A DNA stretch of 64,000 nt from Phyllobates terribilis (taxonomy: Eukaryota), in contig NW_027362771.1 of assembly GCF_046119375.1 (NCBI RefSeq), positions 576,042,001 to 576,106,000 of the forward strand, given 5' to 3'. The notes below the pieces were generated by a model. The model ran no database searches, was not told where the DNA came from, and saw nothing but the letters and a program-made list of their open reading frames with translations. Made by a program: the position numbers and the translations under genes. Below, piece by piece: positions 10,125 through 24,208 of this stretch. Every line of letters starts with the position of its first letter. Within the stretch, counting starts at the first letter, position 1.

Positions 10125-12320
10125 TGTTATGCTCGTGCCCGGACTGACTGGCGTGAGCGTGATTAGTGATCCCACTGTACCATGAACCGAGGAGTGCCTG
10201 GAGGGGCGCAACTAAGTATCAACCCGATCCGACCAAGGTCGCATGGCGGCTTAGTCGACTCCGTGGACCAAGGAGGAACCGAGCAGAGGGACCAGGTTTG
10301 ACTCCAGGTCAGACCCCGGTCACAGTTGTTGACCCACACCAGGGAATGCAGGAACAGGCAGGTTAGACTGGCATACAGGCAGGTGGGTATTGGCAAGTAC
10401 GGCTGGTATGCAGACAGGTGGGTACTGGCAAGTACGGCTGGTATGCAGACAGGTGGGCACTGGTAAGCACGGCTGGTATGCAGACAGGTGGGCACTGGCA
10501 AGCACGGCTGGTATGCAGACAGATGGGCACTGGCAATCACGGCTGGAGTGCAGACAAGGAGGTACTAGCAGGTTGGAGCGCAGGCTGGATAGGGTCCAGT
10601 ACAGACTGGGAGACAGGTACAGAGCCGCAGATGCGGTAGACAAGCAGAGTAAAGCGAAACCGCCGGAGCGGAGGACAAGGCAGAGCAGAGAGGAACTGAT
10701 GGTGCGGTGAGCAAGCAGAGCGGAGCGAAAACTGCAGGTGCGGTAGGCAAGGCAGAGCAGAGCGGAACCGCCAGAGCAGTGGACAAGGCAGAGCAGAGAG
10801 AAACCGCAGATGCGGTAGACAAGGCAGAGCAGAGAGAAACCGCAGGTGCGGTGGGCAAGGCAGAGCTGAGCAGAAAGAAGCCGCCGGAGCGGTGGGCAAG
10901 GCAGAGCAGAGAGAAGCCGCCGAAGCGGTGGGCAAGGCAGAGCAGAGAGAAGCCGCCGAAGCAGTGGGCAAGGCAGAGCAGAGAGAAGTTGCCGGAGCGG
11001 TGGGCAAGACAGAGCAGAGAGAAGCCGCCGGAGCGGTGGGCAAGGCAGAGCAGAGAGAAGCCGCCGGAGCGCTGGGCAAGGCAGAGCAGAGAGATGCCGC
11101 TGGAGCGGTGGGCAAGGCAGAGCAGAGAGAAGCCGCCGGAGCGGTGGGCAAGGCAGAGCAGAGAGAAGCCGCCGGAGCGCTGGGCAAGGCAGAGCAGAGA
11201 GATGCCGCTGGAGCGGTGGGCAAGGCAGAGCAGAGAGAAGCCGCCGGAGCGGTGGGCAAGGCAGAGCAGAGAGAAGCCGCCGGAGCGCTGGGCAAGGCAG
11301 AGCAGAGAGAAACCGCCGGAGCGCTGGGCAAGGCAGAGCAGAGAGAAGCCACCGGAGCGGTGGGTAAGGCAGAGCAGAGGGAAGCCGCCGGAGCGGTGGG
11401 CAAGTCAGAGCAGAGAGAAACCACCGAAGCGGTGGGTAAGGCAGAGCAGAGAGAAGCCGTCGGAGCGGTGGGCAAGTCAGAGCAGAGAGAAACCGCCAGA
11501 GCGGTGGGCAAGACAGAGCGGAGCGAAACCGCAGGTGTGGTGGACAAGGCGGAGAGGACAGGGCTCTGTTCACATGGAACAGACTGGAAAATATAGGCAG
11601 ATGGCTAGAACACAGGAGGAAGATACGGACGAAGGGAAAAGGGACAAGCAGAACCAGATACACACAAGGTACTTACTATGAAGTAGCGAGTGGACACAAA
11701 ACTCACAAATAGAAGTACAGAGACAACGAGTTGGAGTAGGTGCAGGTTCAGATACTGCAGGAAAAGGGAAGTTACGGACATAGAGACAAACAGGTAACAG
11801 GCTAGGATACAGTTCAGACAGGAACTGCTACTGCAATGAGATACAAGAACGAGCCTGGGTATACAGCCCCCAGAGTGGCGGAACAGACTAGAAGTCAGAG
11901 ATAACAGGCCTGGTTATACAGCCCCCAGAGATGGCGGAAACGGACAAGAAGTCACAGATAACAGGTCTGGGTATGCAGCCCCCAGAGATGGCGGAAACAG
12001 ACAAGAAGCAGAACTGGACCTGGCAACTTCAGAGTCAAGGAGCACACTGAATGTTAGTGTTGCTCAGGCACCTCCTACTGGGTGGAGGGGGTTTAAATAT
12101 CCAGTGACTCACAGCAATAGGCTGGAGACGCAATAGGGGTGCGCCCACAGCAGCTATAAGAATCAGGAAATAACCGGGCCGCCGCCCTAAGCAGTCAGTC
12201 AAGAGACATGCACACAGCATGAACTGGAGCAAGATTTGCAGGCTGGACTGACAGGTAAGATTGCGGTCTTGCATAGTGGGAAGTGGTGCACTATGCAAGC
12301 ACGCCGCCAGGGATGTTACA
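10125..12320. mobile_element. Probable solo LTR inflated by internal tandem repeats
   Basis: TGTTA ... TTACA termini; 5 bp flanks cttac/ctcac (4/5 TSD match). Internal arrays: 35 bp (10390-10560), 36 bp (10660-11560) and about 60 bp (11855-12030). Confidence 0.6.
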
Positions 12321-12464
12321 CTCACAGTACAAAAATCCAACACATTTCTCCAAAATACTGACGTAATCCCCCCCTCCTCAGTGGCCCCTATACAGTAGCA
12401 GCAAACACCTTATCTGCCACTAAACAGTAATAGCATCCACCTTTTATGGCCTGTTACAGTTTTA

Positions 12465-13915
12465 ATGTCCACCATTGGAAGCCCATGCAACAATAATGTC
12501 CCCATTGTGACCCCATAGTCTAATAAAGCCCCCCATATAGTAATGTCACCCATTGTGACCCCATAGTCTAATAAAGCCCCCCATATAGTAATGTCTCCCA
12601 TTGTGACCCCATGGTCTAATAAAGCCCCCCATATAGTATAAAGTCCCCCATTGTGACACTATACAATAATGTCCCCCATTGTGACCCCATAGTCTAATAA
12701 AGCCCCCCATATAGTATAAAGTCTCCTACTGTGAGCCCATATAACAATAATGCCCCCATTGTGACTCCATAGTCTAATAAAGTCCTCCATATAGTATAAA
12801 GTCCCCCATTGTGACACTATACAATAATGTCCCCCATTGTGACCCCATAGTCTAATAAAGCCCCCCATATAGTAATGTCCCCCATTGTGAGCCCATACAT
12901 CAATAATGTCCCCATTGTGACCCCATAGTCTAATATAACCACCATATAGTATAAAGTCCCCAATTGTGACCCCATAGTCTAATAAAAAAAAATAGTATAA
13001 TGTCCCCCATTGTGACCCCAGTCTAATAAAGCCCCCCATATAGTATAATGTCCCCCATTGTGAGCCCATAGTCTAATCAAGCCCCTCATGTAGTATAAAG
13101 TTCCCCTTTGTGAGCCCAAACAACAGTAATGCCCCTATTGTGACCCCATAATCTAATAAAGTCCCCCATATAGTATAAAGTCCCCCATTGTGACCCCATA
13201 GTCTAATGAAGCCCCCCATATAGTAATGTCCTCCATTGTGAGCCCATACAACAATAATGCCCCCATTGTGACCCCATGGTCTAATAAAGTCCCCCATATA
13301 GTATAAAGTCCCCCATTGTGACCCCATAGTGTAATAAAAAAAACATATAATATAATGTCCCCCATTGTGACCCCATAGTCTAATAAAGCCCCTCATATAG
13401 TATAATGTCCCCCATTGTGAACCCATAGTCTAATCAAGCCCCCCATACAGTATAAAGTTCCCCTTTGTGAGCCCATGCAACAATAATGCCCCTATTGTGA
13501 CCCCATAGTTTAATAAAGCCCCCCATATAGTATTTAGTCCCCCATTGTGACCCTATACAATAATGTCCCCCATTGTGACCGCATAGTCTAATAAAACCCC
13601 ATATAGTAATGTCACCCATGGTGAGCCCATACAACAATAATGCCCCCATTGTAACCCCATGGTCTAATAAAGTGCCCCATATAGTATAAAGTCCCCCATT
13701 GTGACCCCATAGTCTAATAAAATAAAAACATATAGTATAATGTCCCCCTTTGTGACCCCATAGTCTAATCACGCCCCCCATATAGTATAATATCCCCCAT
13801 TGTGACCCCATAGTCTAATAAAGCCCCTCATATAGTATAATGTCCCCCATTGTGAACCCATAGTCTAATCAAGCCCCCCATATAGTATAAAGTCCCCTAT
13901 TGTGACCGCATGACA
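12465..13915. repeat. Composite minisatellite, about 50 bp unit
   Basis: Unit about CCCCCATTGTGACCCCATAGTCTAATAAAGCCCCCCATATAGTATAATGT with shorter interspersed variants. Confidence 0.92.
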
Positions 13916-14689
13916 CCAAGGGGTTAAGAAAAAAAAAGTGACCCCTAAGTGCAGGGTTTTAGTATAAAAGCTTCTTAGTGATGCAGTGATGCCCGGACTC
14001 GGCCGCTCCTCCTCATTCGTGGCCCTAAAGTCTCTGCACACAAACCTGATCAGGATAATCCTACAAAACCCAGAAAAAGGAGATTACTGTATTATCGGGG
14101 GGATTATACATAGGGGCATTCTCACACCTTTCATGCTTTTTGCCAGTGAATCGAAAGATTCTTGTTTTATGTCCAGAGCGAATACTTCTCACAGCAGAGA
14201 GTTTGCTACAATTATATCCAGTGTATGCCATTAAAACAACTCAGTTGGACCCCAATGTTATAAGACAGCGTGGTATCTTCAGACCTCCCAATGGTCTCAG
14301 ATCCAGAGGGATAGTCCCGGACTTGGGCACCTGGGTCCGGACTGTTTCTGCATCCTCAGGATGCGGACACAGTAGAACACAATGGTGGAGTAGACGCCGT
14401 CATCTCCCTGCTCCACCTTCCCTCCTGTAACCTCTGAGGCTCCGCAGCAGTGATGACACCACTAGATCGTGCCTGCTGCGCCAAGCCACGCACAGCACAG
14501 ACCGCTGCACACCTGCACATCTGTTCCCCACTTGTGGCAATGGGGCTAGATATTTTTTCTCCATAAACCAGTGCACTAGTCTAAGTGGGGTGTGGGTCGC
14601 CTTGGGGCATCATACTTTTGGGAGGCACTGTGGGTGTGCAGGAAAGGTAAACTTGGGGAAGCATTTTGTAGGCGAGCGCATTTGGGTTA

Positions 14690-17600
14690 TCATAATGTGT
14701 ATAGGGGGCATTGTGGGGATTCATACTATGTACTGAGTCATAAAACAAGGGGACATCATGCTGTGAGTGTGCGCAGAGCACCAAGGGGGCATCATAATGT
14801 GCGTGTGTGTTTGTAGCACCAAGGGGGCATCATACTGTGTGCGTGGGGAGCACTGAGGGGCATCATACTGTGTGTGGGGAGCACTGAGGGGCATCATACT
14901 GTGTGTGGGGAGCACTGAGGGGCATCATACTGTGTGTGGGGAGCACTGAGGGGCATCATACTGTGTGTGTGAGGGGAACACTGAGGGGGCATCATATTGT
15001 GTGTGTGTGGGGGGAGCACTGAGAGGGCATCATACTGTGTGTGTGAGGGGAACACTGAGGGGGCATCATATTGTGTGTGTGTGGGGGGAGCACTGAGAGG
15101 GCATCATACTGTGTGTGTGGGGGAGTGCACTGAGGGAGTCGAACTGTGTGTGTATGGAGGACTGAGGGGCCATCATACTGTGTTGGGGGGGGGTAGCAGT
15201 CAGTGTGTGTAGCTCTGAGGGGGTCATCATACTATGTGTGTGGGGGGGAGCTCTGAGGGTACATCATACTGTGTGTCTGTGTAGTACTGAGCGGGAATTA
15301 TACTGTGTGTAGTGGGTCACTGAGGGTGCAACATACTGTGTGTATGGGCACTCTTTGGGGAGTCATGTTGTTTGGGTGAGGATTATGGACTTGTCAGTGT
15401 GAAGACCATGAAAGGGAGAACATACTGTTTGGCTGGGAAGCGCAGAGGGGCATCATACCGTGTTTGGAGGGGGGAAAAGAGCAGGCATTATACTGTGTGT
15501 GGAGGGTAGCACTGAGAGGGGTTATTATAATGTGTATACACTGTGTGCAGAATTATTAGGCAAGTTGTATTTTAGAGGATTATTATTGATCAACAACTAT
15601 GTTCTCAATCAACCCAAAAGACTCATAAATATCCAAGCTTAATATTTTTGGAAGTTGGAGTGGTTTTTTTTTTTTAGATTTGGCTATCTTAGGAGGATAT
15701 CTGTTTGTGCAGGTAACTATTACTGTGCAGAATTATTAGGCAACTTAATAAAAACCAAATATAATCCCATCTCACTTGTTTATTTTCACCAGGTAAACCA
15801 ATATCAGTGCACAAAATTTAGAAATAAACATTTCTGACATGCAAAAACCAAAACCAAAAAAAATTAGTGATCAATATAGCCACCTTTCTTTATGATGACA
15901 CTCAACAGCCTTCCATCCATATATTCTGTCAGTTGCTTGTTCTGTTTTCAATCAACATTGCGTGCAGCAGCCACCACAGCCTCCCAGACACTGTTCCGAG
16001 AGGTGTACTGTTTTCCCTCCCTGTAGATCTCACATTTTATGATGGACCACAGGTTCTCTATGGGGTTCAGATCAGGTGAACAAGGGGGCCATGTCATTAT
16101 TTTTTCTTCTTTTAGACCTTTACTGGCCAGCCACGCTGTGGAGTAGTTGGATGCATGTGATGGAGCATTGTCCTGCATGAAAATCATGTTTTTCTTGAAC
16201 GATACCGACTTCTTCCTCTACCACTGCTTGAAGAAGTTGTCTTCCAGAAACTGGCAGTAGGTCTGGGAGTTGAGCTTCACTCCATCCTCAACCTGAAAAG
16301 GTCCCACAAGTTAATCTTTGATGATACCAGCCCATACCAGTACCCCACCTCCACCTTGCTGGCGTCTGAGTCGGAGTGGAGCTCTCTGCCCTTTATTGAT
16401 CCAGCCTCTGGCCCATCCATCTGGCCCATCAAGAGTCACTCTCATTTCATCAGTCCATAAAACCTTTGAAAAATCAGTCTTAAGATATTTCTTGGCCCAT
16501 TCTTGACGTTCTATGTTATGTTTCTTGTTCAAAGGTGGTCGTTTTTCAGCCTTCCTTACCTTGGCCATGTCCCTGAGTATCGCACACCTTGTGCTTTTTG
16601 ATACTCCAGTAACGTTGCAGCTATGAAATATGGCAAAACTGGTGGCGAATGGCATCTTGGCAGCTTCACGCTTGATTTACCTCAATTCATGGGCAGTTAT
16701 TTTGCGCCTTTTTTGGCCAACACCCTTCTTGCGACCCTGTTGTCTATTTGCCATGAAACGCTTGATTGTTCGGTGACCACGCTTCAAAAGTTTGGAAATT
16801 TCAAGACTGCTGCATCCCTCTACAAGACATCTCACAATTTTGGACTTTTCAGAGCCCGTCAAATCTGTCTACTGACCCATTTTGCCAAAGGAAAGGAAGT
16901 TGCCTAATAATTAAGCGCACCTTATATAGGGTGTTGATGTCATTAGTCAACACCCCTCCTCATTACAGAGATGCACATCACCAGATTTACTTAATTGGTA
17001 GTTGGCTTTCAAGCCTGTGTAGCTTGGAGTAGGACAACATGTATAAGAAGTATCATGTGATCAAAATACGCATTTGCCTAATAATTCTGCACGTGGTGTA
17101 GTGGGTATTGTGGCGATTCATACTTTGTACTGAGGAATAAAACATGAGGACATAATACTGTGAGTGTGCGCAGAGCACCAAGGGGGCATCATACTGTGTG
17201 TGTGGGGTGGGGGGGGGCACTGAGGGGGCATCATACTGTGTGTGTGGGGGGAGGGGTACCGAGGGGGCTTCATACTGTGTGGGGGGAGGAGGGTGCACTG
17301 GGGGAGTCAAACTGTGTGTGGGAGGGGGGAAACTAAGGGGGCATCATACTGTGTTTGGGCCGGGGCGGGTAGCACCGAGGGAGTCAGTGTGTGTAGCACC
17401 AAAGGGGCATCATAGTGTGTGTGTGTGTGTGTAGCACTTAGGGGGCATCATACTGTGTATGTGTGTGTGGGGATCACTGAGGGGGCATTATACTGTGTGT
17501 GGGGGGGAAGCACTGAGGGGGGCATCATACTGTGTGTCTGTGTAGTACTGAGCGGGAATCATACTGTGTGTAGGTGGGCACTGAGGGTGCAACATACACA

Positions 17601-20600
17601 CATGTATGGGACATCTTTGCGGAGTCATGTTGTTTGGAGGAGGATTATAGACTCTCTATAGTGTGAAGACCAAGAAAGGGAGAACATACTGTGTGGCTGG
17701 GAAGCGCAGAGGGGCATCATACTGTGTTTGGTGGGGGGGGGAACAGAGTGGGCATTATACTGTGTGTGTTTGGGGGAGCACTGAGAGGGGTTATCATAAT
17801 GTGTATAGTGGGTATTGTGGGGATTCATACTATGTACTGAGGAATAAAATATGGGGACATCATAGTGTGTGTAGCACTGAGGGGGCATTATACTGTGTGT
17901 GGGGGGGAGCACTGAGGGAGTCATCCATACTGTGTGTCTGTGTAGTACTGAGCGGGAATTATACTGTGTGTAGGGGGGCACTGAGGGTGCAACATACTGT
18001 GTGTGTGGGACATCTTTGGGGAGTCATGTTGTTTGGGTGAGGATTATGGGCTCGACATAATGTGAAGACCATGAAAGGGAGAACATACTGTTTGGCTAGG
18101 GAGCGCTGGGGCATCATACTGTTTTTTTTGGGGGGTGGGATACTGTTTGGGCATTATACTGTGTGTGGGGGGGGGGAGCACTGAGAGGGCATCATGCTGT
18201 GCATCTGTGGATAACTGAGGGGGTATCATACTGTGTTTGGGGGGAGCACTGTGGGGGCATCATACTGTGCGTCTGTGGAGTACCATACTGCGTGTGGGGG
18301 CATCATACTGTGCGTCTGTGGAGTACTGAGGGGGTATCATACTGCGTGTGGGTGCATCATACTGTGCGTCTGTGGAGTACTGAGGGGGGTATCATACTGC
18401 GTGTGGGAGCATCATACTGTGTGGGGGGAGCACTGTGGGGGCATCATGCTGTGCGTCTGTGGAGTACTGAGGTGGTATACTGCGTGTGGGGGCATCATAC
18501 TGTGCGTCTGTGGAGTACTGAGGGGGGTACCATACTGCGTGTGGGGGCATCATACTGTGCGTCTGTGGAGTACTGAGGGGGGTATCATACTGCGTGTGGG
18601 AGCATCATACTGTGTGGGGGGAGCTCTGTGGGGGCATCATACTGTGCGTCAGTGGAGTACTGAGGGGGTATCATACTGCGTGTGGGGGCATCATACTGTG
18701 CGTCAGTGGAGTACTGAGGGGGCATCATACTGTGTGGGGGGAGCTCTGTGGGGGCATCATACTGTGCGTCAGTGGAGTACTGAGGGGGTATCATACTGCG
18801 TGTGGGGGCATCATACTGTGCGTCAGTGGAGTACTGAGGGGGCATCATACTGTGTGGGGGGAGCTCTGTGAGGGCATCATACTGTGCGTCAGTGGAGTAC
18901 TGAGGGGGTATCATACTGCGTGTGGGGGCATCATACTGTGCGTCAGTGGAGTACTGAGGGGGTATCATACTGTGTGTGAGGGCATCATACTGTGTGGGGG
19001 GAGCTCTGTGGGGGCATCATACTGTGCGTCAGTGGAGTACTGAGGGGGTATCATACTGCGTGTGGGAGCATCATACTGTGTGGGGGGAGCTCTGTGGGGG
19101 CATCATACTGTGCGTCAGTGGAGTACTGAGGGGGTATCATACTGCGTGTGGGGGCATCATACTGTGCGTCAGTGGAGTACTGAGGGGGCATCATACTGTG
19201 TGGGGGGAGCTCTGTGAGGGCATCATACTGTGCGTCAGTGGAGTACTGAGGGGGTATCATACTGCGTGTGGGGGCATCATACTGTGCGTCAGTGGAGTAC
19301 TGAGGGGGTATCATACTGTGTGTGAGGGCATCATACTGTGTGGGGGGAGCTCTGTGGGGGCATCATACTGTGCGTCAGTGGAGTACTGAGGGGGTATCAT
19401 ACTGCGTGTGGGGGCATCATACTGTGCGTCAGTGGAGTACTGAGGGGGCATCATACTGTGTGGGGGGAGCTCTGTGAGGGCATCATACTGTGCGTCAGTG
19501 GAGTACTGAGGGGGTATCATACTGCGTGTGGGGGCATCATACTGTGCGTCAATGGAGTACTGAGGGGGTATCATACTACGTGTGGGGGCATCATACTGTG
19601 CGTCAGTGGAGTACTGAGGGGGTATCATACTGTGTGTGGGGGCATCATACTGTGTGGGGGGAGCTCTGTGAGGGCATCATACTGTGCGTCAGTGGAGTAC
19701 TGAGGGGGTATCATACTGCGTGTGAGGGCATCATACTGTGCGTCAGTGGAGTACTGAGGGGGTATCATACTGTGTGTGGGGGCATCATACTGTGCGTCTG
19801 TGGAGTACTGAGGGGGTATCATACTGTGTGTGGGGGCATCATACTGTGCGTCAGTGGAATACTGAGGGGGTATCATACTGTGTGTGGGGGCATCATACTG
19901 TGCGTCAGTGGAGTACTGAGGAGGTATCATACTGCGTGTGGGGGCATCATACTGTGCGTCAGTGGAGTACTGAGGGGGTATCATACTGTGTGGGGGGAGC
20001 TCTGTGGGGGCATCATACTGTGCGTCTGTGGAGTACGGAGGGGGAATCATACTGCGTGTGAGGGCATCATACTGTGTGGGGGGAGCTCTGTGAGGGCATC
20101 ATACTGTGCGTCAGTGGAGTACTGAGGGGGTATCATACTGTGTGTGGGGGCATCATACTGTGTGGGGGGAGCTCTGTGGGGGCATCATACTGTGCGTCAG
20201 TGGAGGACTGAGGGAGTATCATACTGTGTGTGGGGGCATCATACTGTGTGGGGGGAGCTCTGTGGGGGCATCATACTGTGCGTCAGTGGAGTACTGAGGG
20301 GGTATCATACTGCGTGTGGGGGCATCATACTGTGCGTCAGTGGAGTACTGAGGGGGTATCATACTGCGTGTGGGGGCATCATACTGTGCGTCAGTGGAGT
20401 ACTGAGGGGGTATCATACTGCGTGTGGGGGCATCATACTGTGCGTCTGTGGAGTACTCAGGGGGTATCATACTGTGTGTGAGGGCATCATACTGTGCGTC
20501 AGTGGAGTACTGAGGGGGTATCATACTGCGTGTGGGGGCATCATACTGTGCGTCTGTGGAGTACTGAGGGGGTATCATACTGTGTGTGGGGGCATCATAC

Positions 20601-21880
20601 TGTGCGTCTGTGGAGTACTGAGGGGGTATCATACTGTGTGTGGGGGCATCATACTGTGCGTCAGTGGAGTACTGAGGGGGTATCATACTGCGTGTGGGGG
20701 CATCATACTGTGCGTCAGTGGAGTACTGAGGGGGTATCATACTGCGTGTGGGGGCATCATACAGTGCGTCTGTGGAGTACTGAGGGGGTATCATACTGTG
20801 TGTGAGGGCATCATACTGTGTGGGGGGAGCTCTGTGAGGGCATCATACTGTGCGTCTGTGGAGTACCATACTGCGTGTGGGGGCATCATACTGTGCGTCT
20901 GTGGAGTACTGAGGGGGTATCATACTGCGTGTGGGGGCATCATACTGTGCGTCTGTGGAGTACTGAGGGGGTATCATACTGCGTGTGGGGGCATCATACT
21001 GTGTGTGGGGGCATCATACTGTGCGTCTGTGGAGTACTGAGGGGGCATCATACTGTGTGTGGGGGCATCATACTGTGCGTCTGTGGAGTACTGAGGGGGC
21101 ATCATACTGCGTGTGGGGGCATCATACTGTGCGTCTGTGGAGTACTGAGGGGGTATCATACTGCGTGTGGGGGCATCATACTGTGCGTCTGTGGAGTACC
21201 ATACTGCGTGTGGGGGCATCATACTGTGCGTCTGTGGAGTACTGAGGGGGCATCATACTGTGTGTGGGGGCATCATACTGTGCGTCTGTGGAGTACTGAG
21301 GGGGCATCATACTGCGTGTGGGGGCATCATACTGTGCGTCTGTGGAGTACTGAGGGGGTATCATACTGTGTGTGAGGGCATCATACTGTGTGGGGGGAGC
21401 TCTGTGAGGGCATCATACTGTGCGTCTGTGGAGTACCATACTGCGTGTGGGGGCATCATACTGTGCGTCTGTGGAGTACTGAGGGGGTATCATACTGCGT
21501 GTGGGGGCATCATACTGTGCGTCTGTGGAGTACTGAGGGGGCATCATACTGCGTGTGGGGGCATCATACTGTGCGTCTGTGGAGTACTGAGGGGGCATCA
21601 TACTGCGTGTGGGGGCATCATACTGTGCGTCTGTGGAGTACTGAGGGGGCATCATACTGCGTGTGGGGGCATCATACTGTGCGTCTGTGGAGTACTGAGG
21701 GGGCATCATACTGCGTGTGGGGGCATCATACTGTGCGTCTGTGGAGTACTGAGGGGGCATCATACTGCGTGTGGGGGCATCATACTGTGCGTCTGTGGAG
21801 TACTGAGGGGGTATCATACTGCGTGTGGGGGCATCATACTGTGCGTCTGTGGAGTACTGAGGGGGTATCATACTGCATGT
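14690..21880. repeat. GGGGCATCATACTGTG satellite domain: degenerate at 14.7-18.1 kb, homogenised 54 bp array at 18.16-21.88 kb
   Basis: 54 bp unit GGCATCATACTGTGCGTC(A/T)GTGGAGTACTGAGGGGGTATCATACTGCGTGTGGG plus a roughly 30 bp variant. Interrupted by the DD37E element. Confidence 0.93.
15539..17098 (-). mobile_element. Tc1/mariner element, DD37E (TRT-type), transposase pseudogene at 16880-15864
   Basis: TIR core GTGCAGAATTATTAGGCAA at both ends, TA TSD. QDNAPSH ... WPPCSPDLNPIE has 37-residue spacing. Stop at codon 4 plus further stops and frameshifts. Confidence 0.92.
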
Positions 21881-24208
21881 GGGGGCAATCTTTGGTTGCT
21901 TGGATGAGGATCATTGGCTTGTCATACAGTGAGGACCATGTGTGTGAACATGAAAAGGCTTCACTAGGGGAACCATTTCTTCAAGGGAGCATAAACACGT
22001 CTGTAGGGTCAGAGATGTGACTTACAGGAAAAAGAATAACACATTCTATACATGTCCCTCTTTCCTTTTTTTCTTTTAAGTTGGAAGCTGCAGGAATCTG
22101 TAATAAACAGACGCCATGATGGAAGTGTGAACTTGAATCTTAAGAAAATCTTCCGTCAGCTTCCAGGACTGCACCAATACACTACAAGAAAGAAATTAGG
22201 ACGGGAGAGAGATTTCTGCTGTTGATGTATTGAACTCAAAGGATTGACCACAGGTGAAATCTTTCAGTAATAGCACCACCTTAGCCAACAGGCAATGTTT
22301 GGTATTGCAGATCAGCCACATGCCCCTCCCTGTCAGTCTTCTCACGCCTCCTTCCATGATGTCATCTCCAGTGGACCAATCACAACCTGTAGGAGGAGAT
22401 GACATCACTATGTACAATACTTTTCTACATCCTCATATCAGATCCCACCCCCCCCCCCCCCCCCCGAAAAAAATGAGACTCCGCAGGCCAGGACCTGAGT
22501 ATTTCACATTTTATATTTATTGTATTCAGATCTCAAAACAGCAAGCGATGCCGACACCGACATCCAGAGTTAAAACCACCCGAATGTAACAAGGATTAAA
22601 GAAAAAAAAAAAACCTTCAAGTCCACAAATATTAATTTAATAGTTAAAAACATAAAATCATCCAAAAAGTCCTTCACGGGTTTAATAAATACAGAAATTC
22701 ATATTTCATCCAATGCTACAGATTAAACACACAAAACAATTCATATCATTACTTAAATTAATATTTTAAAAAAGCCATTAAATACAGTTTTATAATGTGC
22801 ACGAACGGGACACAAACTTTAAAAAAAAACGCGCGATTTTTTTTGTAATGTTTTTTTTTTTCCAAAATAAAAAGAAGCCACAGAAATATGAGGTAAATAA
22901 ATAAAAAAAAATACAACATAAACGGATGCATACCCAGTAGGAAATGATACCACAGACTGACAATCCTCTTATATTAGTACTGCAAAAAAAAAAAAAAAAG
23001 AAGAATATTGCACCGTGTAACCTCAATGTTTGCGCGAATATATTACGATAAGAAAGTAGTTTATTTTTTTACATTATGGCGGTAAAAAAAAAAATTGTTC
23101 ATTTTTTTTTTCACATTTATGAACACGGAAAAAGTTTATGTTTTGCTCATTTGCATACAAAAACAATTATATATATATATATATTTATTTATTATTTTTA
23201 TTTATTTATTTTTATTTTTTTAAATGCGCACTTAAATTCATTTTAATGGTAGAGATTTTGGGAATTAAGTGGGTGTCATGGCCCTTTAAGACGCTCTTGC
23301 TATTGTTCGTCGTTTGATGCTGTATACTGTTGTAAACGGTGTAAAAATTACAGTAAAATTGTGGACGGGGATGACAATAGAATGAGCTGTTGTGCCGCGT
23401 CCGGGGAACACGAGGGGTTAAGCCGGATGGGACACGGCTATCCCGAATTCCTGCGTGGCGCTCTCCTACGCTGGCGCCGGGACCTTAGTCATTCATAGGA
23501 AGAAGCAAATCTCAGAATGGCATGTTGTAGGAGGATTAGAAAAAAAAAACATTCCTTCTGCTCGTGTCCGCCTACCTCAAATTCTAATCCGGTGACCGCT
23601 CCGCCGCCGCGGCGGCTACAAGGTGGCATTAGGATACAGAACTGCTGATACAACCTGTGCTCTGGGATGGAGGTCTAGTGGTACTGTACCTTTAATTAAT
23701 GCATTTGCATAGGGAAAAGTCAGAAAAAAAATAAATAATGTAAAACATAAATAAAAAAAATTAAAATTAGACAAAATATAAAAAAAATAAAAAATTAAAA
23801 ATAAAGAAATAAAATGAAAAATTAAACAAAATAAAATAACAATAATAACAAAAAAAAAAAAATCACCTGAGTATTAAAAAAAACAAAAACAAACTGCACA
23901 TAACCGGCCATACATGCATATAGTATATACACTTTTCATAGGGCAATGCCCCCCTTACATCACCCCCGCATGTAATTGGGCGCAGGGGCTCCAATAAGTA
24001 CAGTTTATAAAAGCAAGTATGTGGATATAGGACGTGTCTGAACGCACCGGACGTCAGCCGCCGCCGCGTCTCCTCATTTATTTAGTGCCGCCCCTACGAG
24101 TGGAACCCAATAGAAATGGCAGCTGATGGATAGTGGGCGGTGGGCACCGCGAGGCGCCGTGCAGGGAGGAGGCTTCGCTCTTCGTCTCATACCCACACGG
24201 CGCCATCT

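Noticed and set aside
18163-22020. Long ORFs such as (CGGIILCVCGVLRGYHTA)n and (PQYSTDAQYDAPTRSM)n
   Set aside because: The 54 bp unit is divisible by 3, so open frames are automatic.
22196-22589. Short ORFs in unique sequence downstream of CDKN2D
   Set aside because: No homology recognised and no convincing splice pairs; probably 3' UTR or intergenic.
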